Shown here one piece after another: positions 52,501 to 62,294 of a stretch of DNA of 64,000 nucleotides. A program made the translations under genes and the position numbers. The notes below the pieces were generated by a model. It did no database searches and was not told where the DNA came from. It saw only the letters and a list, made by a program, of their open reading frames with translations. Origin of the DNA: Octopus sinensis. Taxonomy: Eukaryota. The stretch covers positions 21,452,001 to 21,516,000 of the forward strand of contig NC_043003.1 of the NCBI RefSeq assembly GCF_006345805.1, in the 5' to 3' direction. Within the stretch, counting starts at the first letter, position 1, and every line of letters starts with the position of its first letter.

Positions 52501-54803
52501 GGAACGAGAGAGTAAGATAGATAGATATATAAAGGGAGAGAGAGAGAGAGAGAGAGAGAGTATGTGTGTAAAGGGTAAAGAACCCCTTCAGTCATGAATG
52601 ACCATGAGATTGCACCTAGAAAGTTACCCTCTGAGGCACAAGTCCAGGCACGGCTGTTTATGGAAGACCAGCAGTTAGTTGCCCATGTATACCCGTCTCC
52701 CTTCTCCACGCTACTGATTGTTATCTAAGAGAGAGGCAAAGGTTGATACAGCTTGGCACCAGTGACACTGCAACTCATTTTTACAGTTGGGTGAACTGGA
52801 GCAACATGAAATAAAGTGTCTTGCTCAAGAACACAACACACAACCCAGTCCAAGAAACAAACTCACTACCTTATGATTGTAAGCCCAATGCTCTAACCAC
52901 TGAGCCATGTGATTTCATTTAAGTGTAAACCCTTTTGTCAACATATGCTGTCTTTGTTTCAATTAATTTTCAAAATAGTGAAGAATTTAGTAAAATAACT
53001 TTCTCATTTTCAAGCTGGGGGTCTGGAACAAATTAGTATAAACTTTTAATAGAAAATAATAATTTAGACCACTTTTAGAACAGAAAGTTTATGCCACAGA
53101 TCCTGGGGAATTCTCAGGCAGATTGGTACCAAAAGGGTTAAGGCAAAAAGTTCCCTGCAATTCAACATGAAGGTTTTATTTCTAAAAAAATATATTTTTA
53201 TCAGTTTTTTTTTCTTTTTATACTTTGTCATAGGATTGATGTTGTCAACTTCAATATACAGCCTAATTGATTTGAAAAGAGGTAAAAAAAATAATAAACT
53301 ATTTATGAAGGTTAGTAGCTAAACTACAGAAATAAAAAATTTGAAATTACATACAACATCCAAACAGCACATTACTGCCATATCTGATTGGGTGAAAATG
53401 GAATTTGATCCAATATCAAAGGGAAGATACATGCAAAGGTGAAAATACATTGATTAAAATGCATGAGACTAACCAGGAATGTTATTACCTTGACTACGTA
53501 TGAAGAGTTAGTTGAGAACTTACTAAAATTAAAATACTCATTATTACTATATTTTAACATGTATAAGGAACCCCCTCATTTTTGGGGTTTCAATTTGGAA
53601 AAATGGTTTTGTAAAAGATTATGATACTATCCATGTATAAGAAACTCCCATAATTTTTAAACTTAATTTTTGCCAAAAAAGGTTCCTTATACATGTTAAA
53701 ATATGGTAATTGATTGATCAACAGATATGTAACAAAATTAATAATGTGCTTGTGTGAAGATCAAAGAATGCAAACATCTCACTTCATAATGAAATGGGAA
53801 ATTTTTTGAACAACGAACAACAGGGTGATATAAGGTGCAAACATGGTTGTGTAGTTAAGTAGACTGATTCTCAATCACATGGTTTTGAGTTCAGTCCTAA
53901 CATGTAGCACTTTGGAGAAACATTGTTTACAATAGCTCTATAGCCCCAGGCTGACCCAAGCCTTGCGAGTAAATTTGGTATGTGTGTGTGTGTGCATGCA
54001 TGTGTGTGCGTGCATGCATGTATGCACGTGCACATTTGTATGTTTGTGTTTTCTTGTCTTGACTCTAAACAAACATCCCTATTATACAAGTGGTATCATT
54101 TCATTTCCAGTCTTCTGGGAAAACATGTCCGGCCATGGGGTAATATTACCTTACTTGGAAACAGGTGAAGAATGGTGACAGAAAGGCCATTTGGCTGCAG
54201 AAAATCCATCTCAATGAATTCTGTCTGACTTGTGCAAACTTGGAACAGTGGACATTAAATGACATGTCAACAACTGGTAAATATCTTCTTTATGAAACCA
54301 GAAATATTCTTAAATAACAATCAACATTAATCATCATTTAACAGCCATTTTTCCATGCTTGTGAGGGTCATATGGAATTTATAGAGTCAGATTTTCTAAG
54401 GCCAGATGCCCTTTCTGTCATCATCATCTGCTACCTGTTTCTAAGCAAGGTAATAATTTCCCATGGCCAGACATGTGTTTCACAGGAGACTGGAAGTGAA
54501 CAACATCACTTATATGATGGGGAAGCTTGTTTACAATCATCACATGATGTCAAGACATGAGTACACACAAACACACACACACACACCTACCTACCTACAT
54601 ACATACATACATACATACATACATACAGGTGTAGGAGTGGCTGTGTGGTAAGTAGCTTGCTTACAGACCACATGGTTCTGGGTTCACTCCCACTGCATGG
54701 CACCTTGGGCAAGTGTCTTCTACTGTAACCTTGGACTGACCAAAGCCTTGTGAGTGGATTTGGTAGATGGAAACTGAAAGAAGCCTGTCATATATATGTA
54801 TAT

Positions 54804-54883
<80 letters not shown>

Positions 54884-57800
54884 GTGTGTATATGTTTGTC
54901 CCCCCAACATCGCTTGACAACTGATTTTGGTGTGTTTATGTCCCCGTAACTTAGCAGTTCGGCAAAAGAGACCGATAGAATAAGTATTAGGCTTACAAAG
55001 AATAAGTCCTGGGTCGATTTGTTCGACTAAAGGTGGTGCTCCAGTATGGCCACAGTCACATGACTGAATCAAGTAAAAGAGTATAATACATACATACATG
55101 CACACACACATACATACATACAGTGAAAATCTGTAAGATATTCCCAAAATTCTCCATCTCAGATTCTTATATAAATTGATTCACACACTTGGGTGTATGC
55201 ATCAAAAGCTCAACCAACACACCATCTCAACCACATATTTACAAACACAGGGAACTCTCTTAACTCAAAAAGTCTTGTCATTTTGTTAGCAACTGGTTTG
55301 AACTCTCTCTCAAGAACTTAAATTAAACTCAAAGAAACACACATACACACACGACAGGCTTCTTTCAGTTTCTGTCTATCAAAACTGTTCACAAGGCTTT
55401 ATCAGCTTTGGACTAATAATTGTAGGAGACACTTGCCTAAAGTGCCATGCTGTGGGACTGAACCTCAGACCACTTGTTTGGGAAGCAAGTTTCTCAACCA
55501 TACAGCCAAGCTTCTGTTTATTGATATAAATAACTGCACTGGACTTGAGACAGATGAACAAATAATCCACACACAAGATATACATGCCAAAGTCTAGCTT
55601 AATGCTGCCAAATGGCGTTTACTTGTTTACCTTCTATTTTAACTTTTCTTATATCAAAGGTTCCAAACTAATTTAGTGTTAGCAGCCCCATCATCGTTGT
55701 TACAAGAAAATTTAAAATTTATTCAATAATGAATGATGGAAATACATGCTGCCAAAGAGGTGGTGTCAGATCTTTGGATAAACATCAAACTCTCCCACAT
55801 TGGTAAAATTGCCAAGAAGGCTAAGGGTGTCTTGGCATCATTTACCAAGTCCTTTGTGAGCCGTTCTCCAGCTATCTATCTGAGGCTTTATATAGCTATG
55901 GTGCAGCCTTACTTGAAATTTTCATCACCGGTCTGGAACCCCTATCTTACCCAGGATATTAATCATCTGGAAACTGTTCAGCGACATGCAGCCAAGAGAA
56001 TACCCTCCATCAGGCATTTGCCATATTCTGAACACCTTACTTCCCTGGGCATGGATACATTGAAACTCCAACGTCTGGCAGCTGACTTGGCAGACACCCA
56101 TAAAATTATTAACCATCTTACTAACAATAACACTGAGCACCTTTTCAAACTCCACCTGTCTAACACCTGTGGACATGTTTACAAAGTCAGAAAACAGCAC
56201 CGCTCCCATGACTTTCGGAAACATTTTTTCCTGCTAAGAGTTGCTGAAGCATGGAACAAACTGCCGGCATCAGTTGTTAGTTGTCAGAGCACTGCATCCT
56301 TCAAAACTTCCATGCTTCCTGAGATTCGCCAACACTACACCTGATTTTCTTCCCTCCATACACACGCAAGCATGTATCTGACTCATACACTGTTCCCTTC
56401 TCAGACATTTGTACATTACTGCATATGCTTTATACGCACTTTTGACAAGTTGTGGTGCACCTGAACACTGTATACAATAATTTCATTATTATTATATTAT
56501 TATTAAGTGTGAATTGAAAGAAAAGAGTGATGATGATACAATGCAGTGATTGAAATGATTGAAGCTGATGATTCACCAGAAGAGGCCATCTTCAAAAATC
56601 CTGAGTTTTATGGGTATTTTTGATAATAATATTGTAGGATTTAAGGTGGAATTGTTAGCATGCTGGGCAAAATGTTTAACAGCATTTCGTTTGTTCTATA
56701 TTTAAGAGATGAGGAATTATGTACATTATTTACATTAGACGGATATTTGTCCTCATTTTGTCTGTTGTTAACACAATGTTTCAGCTGATATACCCTCCAG
56801 CCTTCTTCAGGTGTCTTGGGAAAATTTCGAATCTGGGTTCTCATTCCTAAGGTACTTTTCGATGTTTTTGTTATTATTGTTATTATTATTATCATTACTA
56901 TTATTGTTATTGTTCAGGTCACTACTTGAAATCAAACTCGGAATCTTGGGGTTAGTAGCCCGTGCTCTTAACCACTATGCTATAAGCTCATAGGCAATTA
57001 TGGAGTGAATTTTAGGGTTTATAAATATATTTTTCTATCCTTCCTTAATACCAGTTCCCATATGCCGCTCATATCTGCACTCAGTCTGCTTAGGAGGTTG
57101 TTGTGTCCAAGCATATGTGCTGCTTCTTTTAGTTTTCGTATTTTCCAGTGGTGTTCTCTGTCTATTATTTTAACTTCATCCCACAGGGGGAGGTGGTCTC
57201 CGTTTTACCATACATGATCAGCTATACCCGATTTATCAATATCTCCTCATGTCACAGCTTTGCGATGTTCATCTACCCTTATTTTGAGGGGGTGGCATTT
57301 TTTGCCTTTGTATAATCTACCACAGCTGCATGGGATTGAGTACATGTAGTCTTTAGTCATGCATCTGTGGTAGGTTATACAAAGACGAAGCATGCCACCC
57401 CCTCAAAATAAGGGTAGACAAACATCGCAAGGCTGTGGCACAAGGAGATATTGATAAATCGGGTATAGCTGATCATGTATGGAAAAATGGAGACCACCTC
57501 CCCCAGTGGGATGAAGTTAAAATAATAGACAGAGAACACCACTGGAAAATACGAAAACTAAAAGAAGCAGCACATATGCTTGGATGCAACAACCTCCTAA
57601 GCAGACTGAGTGCAGATATGAGCGGCATATGGGAACCAGTATTAAAGAAGGATAGAAAAATATTAGATTTATAAGCCCTAAAATTCACTCCACAATTGCC
57701 CAGTGGGCTACAAAAAAAATAACATAAGGGTTAGCGCACCAGTACTGTACTGCAACGTAAATGCCGCATTTACCATTAAGACAAAAACTAGTTTTGGTAA

Positions 57801-60160
57801 ATAAGGACCAAAACCTTTAGAATTTCTAAGATTATTGAGGTAACAAACTTTGTGGGATATTTCCAAATGTTGGCATTAGCTTGAGAATACCATTGACAAT
57901 TCCAGTTACTAAAGCATTGGCAGAAAGCACTTTTAGCAAACCCAAACATATCAAAAACTTTTTTAAGGTGCACCATATCTCAAACAAATCTTGTTGATTT
58001 AGCAAGACTGTGTACTGAACCAAGCATTGCCAGAGAAATTGATTTTAATAGCATTATTAGAAATTTTGCAGCTAAAAAGAAAACCCAGTAAAGCTTATTT
58101 CATTAGCTGATTAGGTTTATTGTTGCTTTCTGCAAAGCATATTGTTATCTGGTCATTCTGGTGCACAGGCAATAAAGCATTTACAAAAATTTACCAGAGT
58201 TCATGTTCTGATAGCCTGAGATTAGCCATCGCATTCGATTATGCTTTCATAATCGTACATCAAAGTCATCAAATTTGCTTGTATATTTTTCTACAAAGAA
58301 GGAAAAATGACAACTTTAAAATTCTGTATGATGTCATTTCTGTTATTGAAGAGATTTAATTGAAGATATAAGAGTCTCAAATTTTAAACTTAATCAAATA
58401 TATAAAGTTTTCATTTTAACCCACTCTTCCAGCAGATAGTAGTGACAGCCATCTTGTTCCACCTTAGAAAATTTCCCTCAGGAGCCTTGGTGTCTATGAT
58501 ACCTCCTTAGAACTATATAGATTTGTTATTGTGAGTTAAATTTCCACAATATAATGACAATGAGAGAGTACCAACCAGTTCTTTATCAACTTAGCCATTT
58601 TTGCTCTCTCAGTGCTTCTAATATTATTTGCTTTGCTTCAGTGATGGGAAAAACTGAAGTGAAAACAGAGGAGTTTGCACAAATGGACATAACAAACATT
58701 TCAATAGATTCCAATGCCAAATTAAAAATCTTCCAATGGACAAAATCTAAAAACTGATGAGCAAATAAGGGAACCTTTATACAACTGTTTGCCCTGTCAG
58801 AAATAGTAACCAAATATCCTTTAACTCATACACTGCAATTTAAAAAATTTACCAAGATATACTGGTTAATGTAGTCTGAAATACACAAGGATAGGATGGC
58901 CACACATTCAATGAAGGAACCACAATGAGGGGTTGCTGAAGAGTTCCTGGCTTTGAGTAAAAGAAAATCAGTCAATTACAACTTTATTTAACATATTCCA
59001 CTCTCAGATTCACACATTTATTGCAGCAGTCCTTCAGTCTTTCTAAGCCCTGTAAAAGAACTCAGAAGGTTGGGCTTCCAACCAGGCCTTTCACAATACC
59101 CTTAAAGTCAGGAACTTTTCAGCACCCACTAGTACATGGTCATTTGATCTCAAAAAATAGCAACTTAGGTCTGTCGTGAGCCCTAGGATTCAAATGGCCA
59201 GAATTTAACCTGGTTTTCATGGTGCATAAATGACTGAAATTACAATATTTCCTGCTGAACTGGACACCAGTTCCTCACAGGGTTAACTTCCTAGCTTTAT
59301 CTGGAACTCATTTTATGGTTGAGTGAAAAGGAGCAGCGTGAAACAAAGTGTTTTATTCAAGAATATAAGGTACTGCTTTGTCTGGGAATTGAAACCACGA
59401 GAGCAACACCATAACCACTAGGTATTGCAAATCCAAATAGCAGCTAAATCTCCTTCAAATCACACCTCTCATCTTTAATAAAGAACAGACATGCTAACTA
59501 TTGTAGTCCTACAGAGTCCTATGGTTACAGATCTGTTCAGTAACCACTCAGAAACCAGACAATAAAGAAAACCGTGTTAGAGATTCAGTTTAGATTCAAA
59601 AATCCATCACCATCCCTAACCAGCATGTCACTCAATATTAGTGTCTTTCATTCTAGTTCTTACATTCAGAGCTCAATTCCTAACAAGATCAATTTTGTCT
59701 TTTACCTTTTCAAGATTAATAAAATAAACCCTGAGTCAAATACTGTGGTCAGATACAACCTTCCCAAAAATGAATGATATTCTTTCAACATTAGAAATCA
59801 AACAACAATTGTTGGGCAAAAAATTTGTCAAGAAAGGAAGGTTTCACAGGAAAATTTGGAACTAACTAAAAAAGAAAATAAAGATGAGAAGAAATACATT
59901 AAATATGTTTAGAGTTCTTTGTTAAGAAAGGAAGGAAAATATAAAATGCTTAGACCTCTCTCCTAAGAAAGGAAGAAATTTCATCTGTACAGAGTTGGGT
60001 TTATTTTTTAAAGTTTACTTACCTGTAAAAGCAAAAGCTGTCAGAGCTGATCCAATGAGACTTAATTGTAACAACAGCTTTGGTCTGTACTGGTCAGCTA
60101 AAAAGCCACTAAAGAACTTACTAACTGAGTAAGCAATGCATTGGCTGCTGGTCACTAGGC
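35311..60160 (-). CDS. SLC37A4: SLC37A4-like glucose-6-phosphate/phosphate exchanger (MFS, OPA family); 9 coding exons in window, 5'-incomplete
   Basis: Nine exons with GT-AG ends and compatible phases splice into one ORF, collinear with human G6PT as I recall it (GLVTSSQ..AY..SKF.SG.L.DQ; WFLNGL.QGL.WP.C.K; W.ILSTS.N..G..GP; EVGG.VGSI..G..SD; YGP....G....ES.P...CG; GG..AGLP...A....W). The N-terminal ~49 aa was not found between 60161 and 64000. Confidence 0.93.
35795..36098. repeat. Near-perfect fold-back, ~140-bp arms, centre of three tagtgtttactca units
   Basis: 35795-35934 is the reverse complement of ~35960-36098. Confidence 0.9.
36124..36580 (-). mobile_element. Non-autonomous Helitron-like element
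   Basis: Minus-strand 3' end has hairpin ccgtcc-att-ggacgg followed by ...gcattttgCTTG|t (CTRR-like); 5' end tatatatataaaatccgttctgtctgtgtg. Confidence 0.6.
36975..37202. mobile_element. piggyBac-like MITE
   Basis: ttaaccttttagc ... ctaaatggttaa; interior like 6139 and 8466 copies. Confidence 0.7.
37265..37750 (+). mobile_element. Composite tRNA-headed SINE with internal (TA)n; similar copies at ~20089-20472(-), 25085-25495(+), 40083-40468(+), 54627-55083(+); head-only copies at ~1140-1290(-), 4860-5020(-), 38350-38520(+), 46180-46325(-), 48522-48690(+), 55355-55510(-), 60385-60520(-)
   Basis: Head ggagtggctgtgtggtaag...gggttcagtccc (A/B boxes), ccttgggcaagtgtcttc core, shared tail ending (aagagt)n. 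Confidence 0.85.
38540..38743. repeat. Fold-back, ~90-bp arms, ~13-nt loop
   Basis: aagtataaggtgtg...gttaaaagttt / aaacttttaac...cactttatactt. Confidence 0.85.
38868..39330 (-). mobile_element. RTE 3'UTR/tail copy with three ~61-bp tandem units; other tail copies at ~2478-2665(-), 16520-16665(+), 42643-42860(-), 47335-47590(-), 48095-48345(-), 48750-49250(+)
   Basis: All share cgtttaacgtccgctttccatgctagcatggg...ggatgcccttcctaatgccaaccactcc with the LINE tail at 41680-41832. Confidence 0.85.
39912..40050 (-). CDS. SLC37A4: SLC37A4-like exon (139 nt, phase 0-1): IFVVLVGFAIGFFVYGPLTISGVAALESVPGHMCGAASSVCSAFGN
   Basis: Acceptor ttattcttacag, donor gtaaat; GFxxYGP and ESxPxxxCG motifs. Confidence 0.95.
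40083..40468 (+). mobile_element. Composite SINE inserted ~33 nt upstream of an SLC37A4 acceptor
   Basis: Full head and tail, antisense to the gene. Confidence 0.85.
40870..41832 (+). mobile_element. 5'-truncated RTE-clade LINE (ORF2 C-terminus + ~600-bp 3'UTR + (GAT)n tail)
   Basis: SLRVKARL.DACVRTVMLHSTETWAVTAEDMRRLERNE...L.WYGHVL.M...RCVKK...VEG.RGRGRPRKT; ends aaacgatgatgatg. Confidence 0.9.
41958..42071 (-). CDS. SLC37A4: SLC37A4-like exon (114 nt, phase 0-0): PGSVSRVKCRLNVARNFCFGVTLSLYLFVHHMHHYSNE
   Basis: Acceptor tttcctcatag, donor gtaaat; 38 codons, same length as the human AGLSNYGNPRH...SDSPK segment, with R300 and YLF aligned; sequence is divergent. Confidence 0.85.
42253..42338 (-). 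CDS. SLC37A4: SLC37A4-like exon (86 nt, phase 1-0): SSTIASSMEVGGIVGSIVSGIWSDKASIS
   Basis: Acceptor catttacag, donor gtgagc; EVGGxVGSIxxGxxSD motif. Confidence 0.93.
43594..43975 (-). mobile_element. CR1-clade LINE 3' fragment
   Basis: Reverse complement of the same C-terminus and 3'UTR (tatacaataatttcattatt tail). Confidence 0.85.
44230..44388 (-). CDS. SLC37A4: SLC37A4-like exon (159 nt, phase 1-1): KDETNISQVTSVFLDPFLFLLGISYLILCGIRTCMMDWSHLYLIEEKQFSPIL
   Basis: Acceptor ttttccgaaag (alternative AG 3 nt downstream), donor gtaagt; matches G6PT [32 protein letters not shown]. Confidence 0.92.
44800..45380 (+). mobile_element. Mosaic Tc1/mariner transposase remnants
   Basis: HTSGNSQKW..NNF...SNSPDCNP (Tc1-like), then WILHDDNA.CH...LHPPYSPDLAPTDFHLFP...FQKWQEHW (mariner). 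Confidence 0.75.
45381..45849. mobile_element. pogo/Tigger/Tc2-like MITE, second copy
   Basis: Same TIRs and highly similar interior to 32066-32580. Confidence 0.85.
45982..46104 (-). CDS. SLC37A4: SLC37A4-like exon (123 nt, phase 1-1): ACSALVLAVIFTVTLQEDPSQFGLQNYQEEHSGDKDKSINK
   Basis: Acceptor tttttctccttcag, donor gtaagg; TM6 plus (E/N)xPxxxGL start of the central loop. Confidence 0.9.
49415..49615. repeat. Long (TG)n/(GTGA) microsatellite just downstream of an SLC37A4 exon
   Basis: Directly visible. Confidence 0.95.
49691..49826 (-). CDS. SLC37A4: SLC37A4-like exon (136 nt, phase 0-1): WFPPDNFATVWSILSTSINVSGSIGPLFITTIALHYGWRLGMIIP
   Basis: Acceptor ctacccag after a long pyrimidine tract, donor gtaac; matches G6PT [26 protein letters not shown]. 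Confidence 0.95.
51092..51300 (+). mobile_element. tRNA-derived SINE with Meta-type central domain and 17-bp TSD; other copies at ~17336-17553(-), 20555-20790(+), 21436-21655(+), 26100-26480(-), 27947-28625(+, three), 31822-32040(+), 39610-39836(-), 43030-43205, 60790-61020(+), 63727-63905(-)
   Basis: ggcgagctggcagaatcgttagc head; gcctttcatcctttcggggtcgataaattaagtaccag core (as I recall the MetaSINE domain); TSD cattattaagctggtgt. Confidence 0.8.
51315..51863 (+). mobile_element. Solo LTR (TG...CA, 4-bp TSD CTGG, Gypsy-like)
   Basis: Starts tgtagtga, ends gtttaca; ctgg at 51311-51314 and 51864-51867; removing it restores the host MITE. Has ~4 x 31-bp tandem repeats near the 5' end, tttaaaag, and AATAAA at 51730. 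Confidence 0.75.
52205..52299 (-). CDS. SLC37A4: SLC37A4-like exon (95 nt, phase 1-0): GFNSVWMFSIFWFLNGLCQGLSWPACAKILMA
   Basis: Acceptor catacgcag, donor gtaagt; WFLNGLxQGLxWP motif. Confidence 0.95.
55790..56504 (+). mobile_element. 5'-truncated CR1-clade LINE, open ORF2 C-terminus + 3'UTR + (ATT)n tail
   Basis: ORF 55733-56344: LRLYIAMVQPYLKFSSPVWNPYL..DINHLETVQRHAAKRIP...RKHFF.LRVAEAWNKLPASVV. Confidence 0.92.
56640..57708. mobile_element. Penelope-like element remnant: inverted duplication of the GIY-YIG 3' region plus tRNA-like/hammerhead tail
   Basis: Arms ~56986-57332 and 57358-57708 are reverse complements. They encode YSIPCSCG..Y.G...PL.IRVDEH..A...GDIDKSGIADHVW..GDHLP.WDEVKIIDREHHWKIRKLKEA, typical of a PLE endonuclease C-terminus. 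Confidence 0.8.
56770..56815 (-). ncRNA. Minimal type I hammerhead ribozyme motif (Penelope pLTR type)
   Basis: Minus strand reads gacac CTGAAGA a ggctg gagggtatat cagct GAAA ca tt gtgtt: stem I gacac/gtgtt, CUGANGA core, stem II ggctg/cagct, GAAA core, vestigial stem III; lies next to a Penelope GIY-YIG remnant. Confidence 0.65.
57811..58091 (+). pseudogene. hAT transposase C-terminal dimerisation-domain remnant
   Basis: Frameshifted: KPLEFL...GIFPNVGISLRIPLTIPVTKALAESTFSKPKHIKNF..CTISQTNLVDLARLCTE..IAREIDFNSIIRNFAAKK, matching the hATC consensus FPN..LRI.LT.PVT.A..ER.FSKLK.IK. Confidence 0.8.
60023..60160 (-). CDS. SLC37A4: SLC37A4-like exon (138 nt, phase 1-1): GLVTSSQCIAYSVSKFFSGFLADQYRPKLLLQLSLIGSALTAFAFT
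   Basis: Acceptor attatcatag, donor gtaagt; matches TM2-TM3 of G6PT. Confidence 0.92.
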
Positions 60161-61409
60161 CTATGATAATAAGAAAAAAACATAGTAACCAATGTTGACA
60201 ATTCAAAAGACAACATTATGTATATTATTCCAAACTTACAGGGAAAAATTCAATTTAGTAATACTAAGTCAAATTTCACAATATATAATATATGTATATA
60301 AATTAGAGAAGAACCACCGTATATTTAATTTTTTTCTATATGGTATAATTTAATTATATCATTGTTGAATTGATAAAAGGTGGTTTACCCACAAGGCTTT
60401 GGTCAGCCTGAGGCTATAGTAAAAGACACTTCTACTAAGAATTGAAACTATGCAGTGGGACTGAACCCAGAACCATGTGGTTGGTAAGCAAGCTACTTAC
60501 CACACAGCTACTCCTGTGCCTATGTTGATGATTTTTGTTTGCCTTTTTTTAATATTTTCTGGGCTTGAATGTGACGATCTGGCAGAGTTGTCAACACATC
60601 AAACAAAATGCTAAGTGGCATTTTGTCCATCTTCACGTTCTGATTCCAAATTCCACTGAGGTCAACTTTGCCTTTCATCCTTTTGTGGACCAATAAAATA
60701 AGTACCAATTGAAAAAGGACTGATGTAATCAACTTACCCTGTTTCTGTCTAATTAACTAAAGTATAACAAGCAAATGAACAAGCAGATTATTATTATTAT
60801 TAAGATGGTGGTGAGCTAGCGGAATCCTTAGCACGCTGGGCAAAATACTTAGCCACATTTTGTCTGCCTTTACATTTTGAGTTCAAATGCCACGAAGGTC
60901 AACTTTGCTTTCCATTCTTTGAGGGTCAATAAATTAAGCACCAATTAAGCACTGGGGTTAATGTAATCAACTTACTCCTCTCCCCGAACTTGCTGGCCTT
61001 GTGCCAAAATTTGAAACCACCACCATCATTATCATTGTTATTATTATTGCCATAGTTTCACTAGCCTGGGTTTACATTCATCTGTACAATATTCCTAATA
61101 ACCATAACTGTTAAATTGCTCTAAATATTACCTTAGTAGTATCAGACCTTATAGGATATAAGAAGGTTTTTTGGTGTAGTTGGGGGTCTGCCAGTATATG
61201 AAGACATTGCAAGAGAGATGTGCCTGTCATTTTAATCAGCCGAGAGCTTGGAATGAACTAATGAGTCAGCTGACTCGCTATGCAGTCATTTAACTTGCTA
61301 GGAAAAGCAGCAAAATCTCCCTCAAATAAAACTCTGCCAACTTCATAAAAATAAAGGACATATTGAATAACAAAGTTCTTGAAATTTAAGCACCAGTCTT
61401 TGTAATACA

Positions 61410-62294
61410 GTCCTTTCTACATTAAGGATGTGCTTTCAACAGGAAAAATCTTCAATGATAGAGAGACTTAACATTGGGAGTGATGGTGAGGGATCTAGTT
61501 GTGTGCATGCTCATATTTAAGAAAGAAGAATGCAATTATGTTTCCTTGTGATAAATGGTGCTTGTGCTTTTATTACTATTGAAAGAGATAAGATTGACAG
61601 GTCTACAATGGAGGATGCTTTCAAAAGTACTGTTCATGGAATCTGTGCAGGTTTGGCATTTCTTGTCCAGGATGCAAGAGGGTGATGATTTGTTGAGAAA
61701 GTTTAGGGAAGAATGAAGGGTAGTGTCATCTGTATAAGAAGGGGCATTGCTGAACAAGACAAGTGGGTCACTGACATATAGAAAGAAGAGAGTGGGAGAC
61801 CAAACCCTTTTTATTTGCTGTTGAAGGAACTAAAACTTGGCATGTCCACAAAGGAGGATCCTTTCAAAACTTCATAAAATGAGTGCAGGTTTTGCTGGTG
61901 ACAAAGCTAGAGAGTGTGCTGTTATAGCTCCTAAGCCTATACAAGCTTATACAGCAGACCCAAAAGTGCCACCCCAATAAAAGCATTGCCTGAAGAAGAC
62001 ACCTTACTCACCTCTACTATACAACAGGGTCTGACATGCAGGGATGGTGCATGGCTGAGAAAGGATATAGAATAACAAAGGGTAGTACCATCTGCTTAAA
62101 AAGTGGCCATTGTTGGATATACCACCAAATGGGCCATTGATGCACAGAAGGAAGTTAGTGGGAGTACAAAACTGAAACCTGGAGCATGCCAGAGTTATAG
62201 AATGTGGGACGGAGAGAGTTCTCTCAGTTCTATCTGATATAATTGTGTTCTGATAGAAAGAGATGAGAGATAGCCAGAGTCCAAAGGTTGGCAA
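61410..62294 (-). mobile_element. Decayed non-LTR reverse transcriptase fragment
   Basis: RVWSPTLFFLYVSDPL..FSNAPSYTDDTTLHSSL...NLISFNSNK...SLPMLSLSIIEDFSC*KHILNV (GSVLSPTLFL, YADD, LSW..HI motifs). Confidence 0.75.

Noticed and set aside
58550-58830. Possible further hAT transposase segment
   Set aside because: Similarity too weak and out of order relative to the C-terminal remnant at 57811-58091
61100-61200. Candidate first coding exon of SLC37A4 (ATG...AAG gtaat on minus strand)
   Set aside because: In-frame stop and no similarity to the expected YxxYYxNRK TM1 motif; no other candidate found up to 64000
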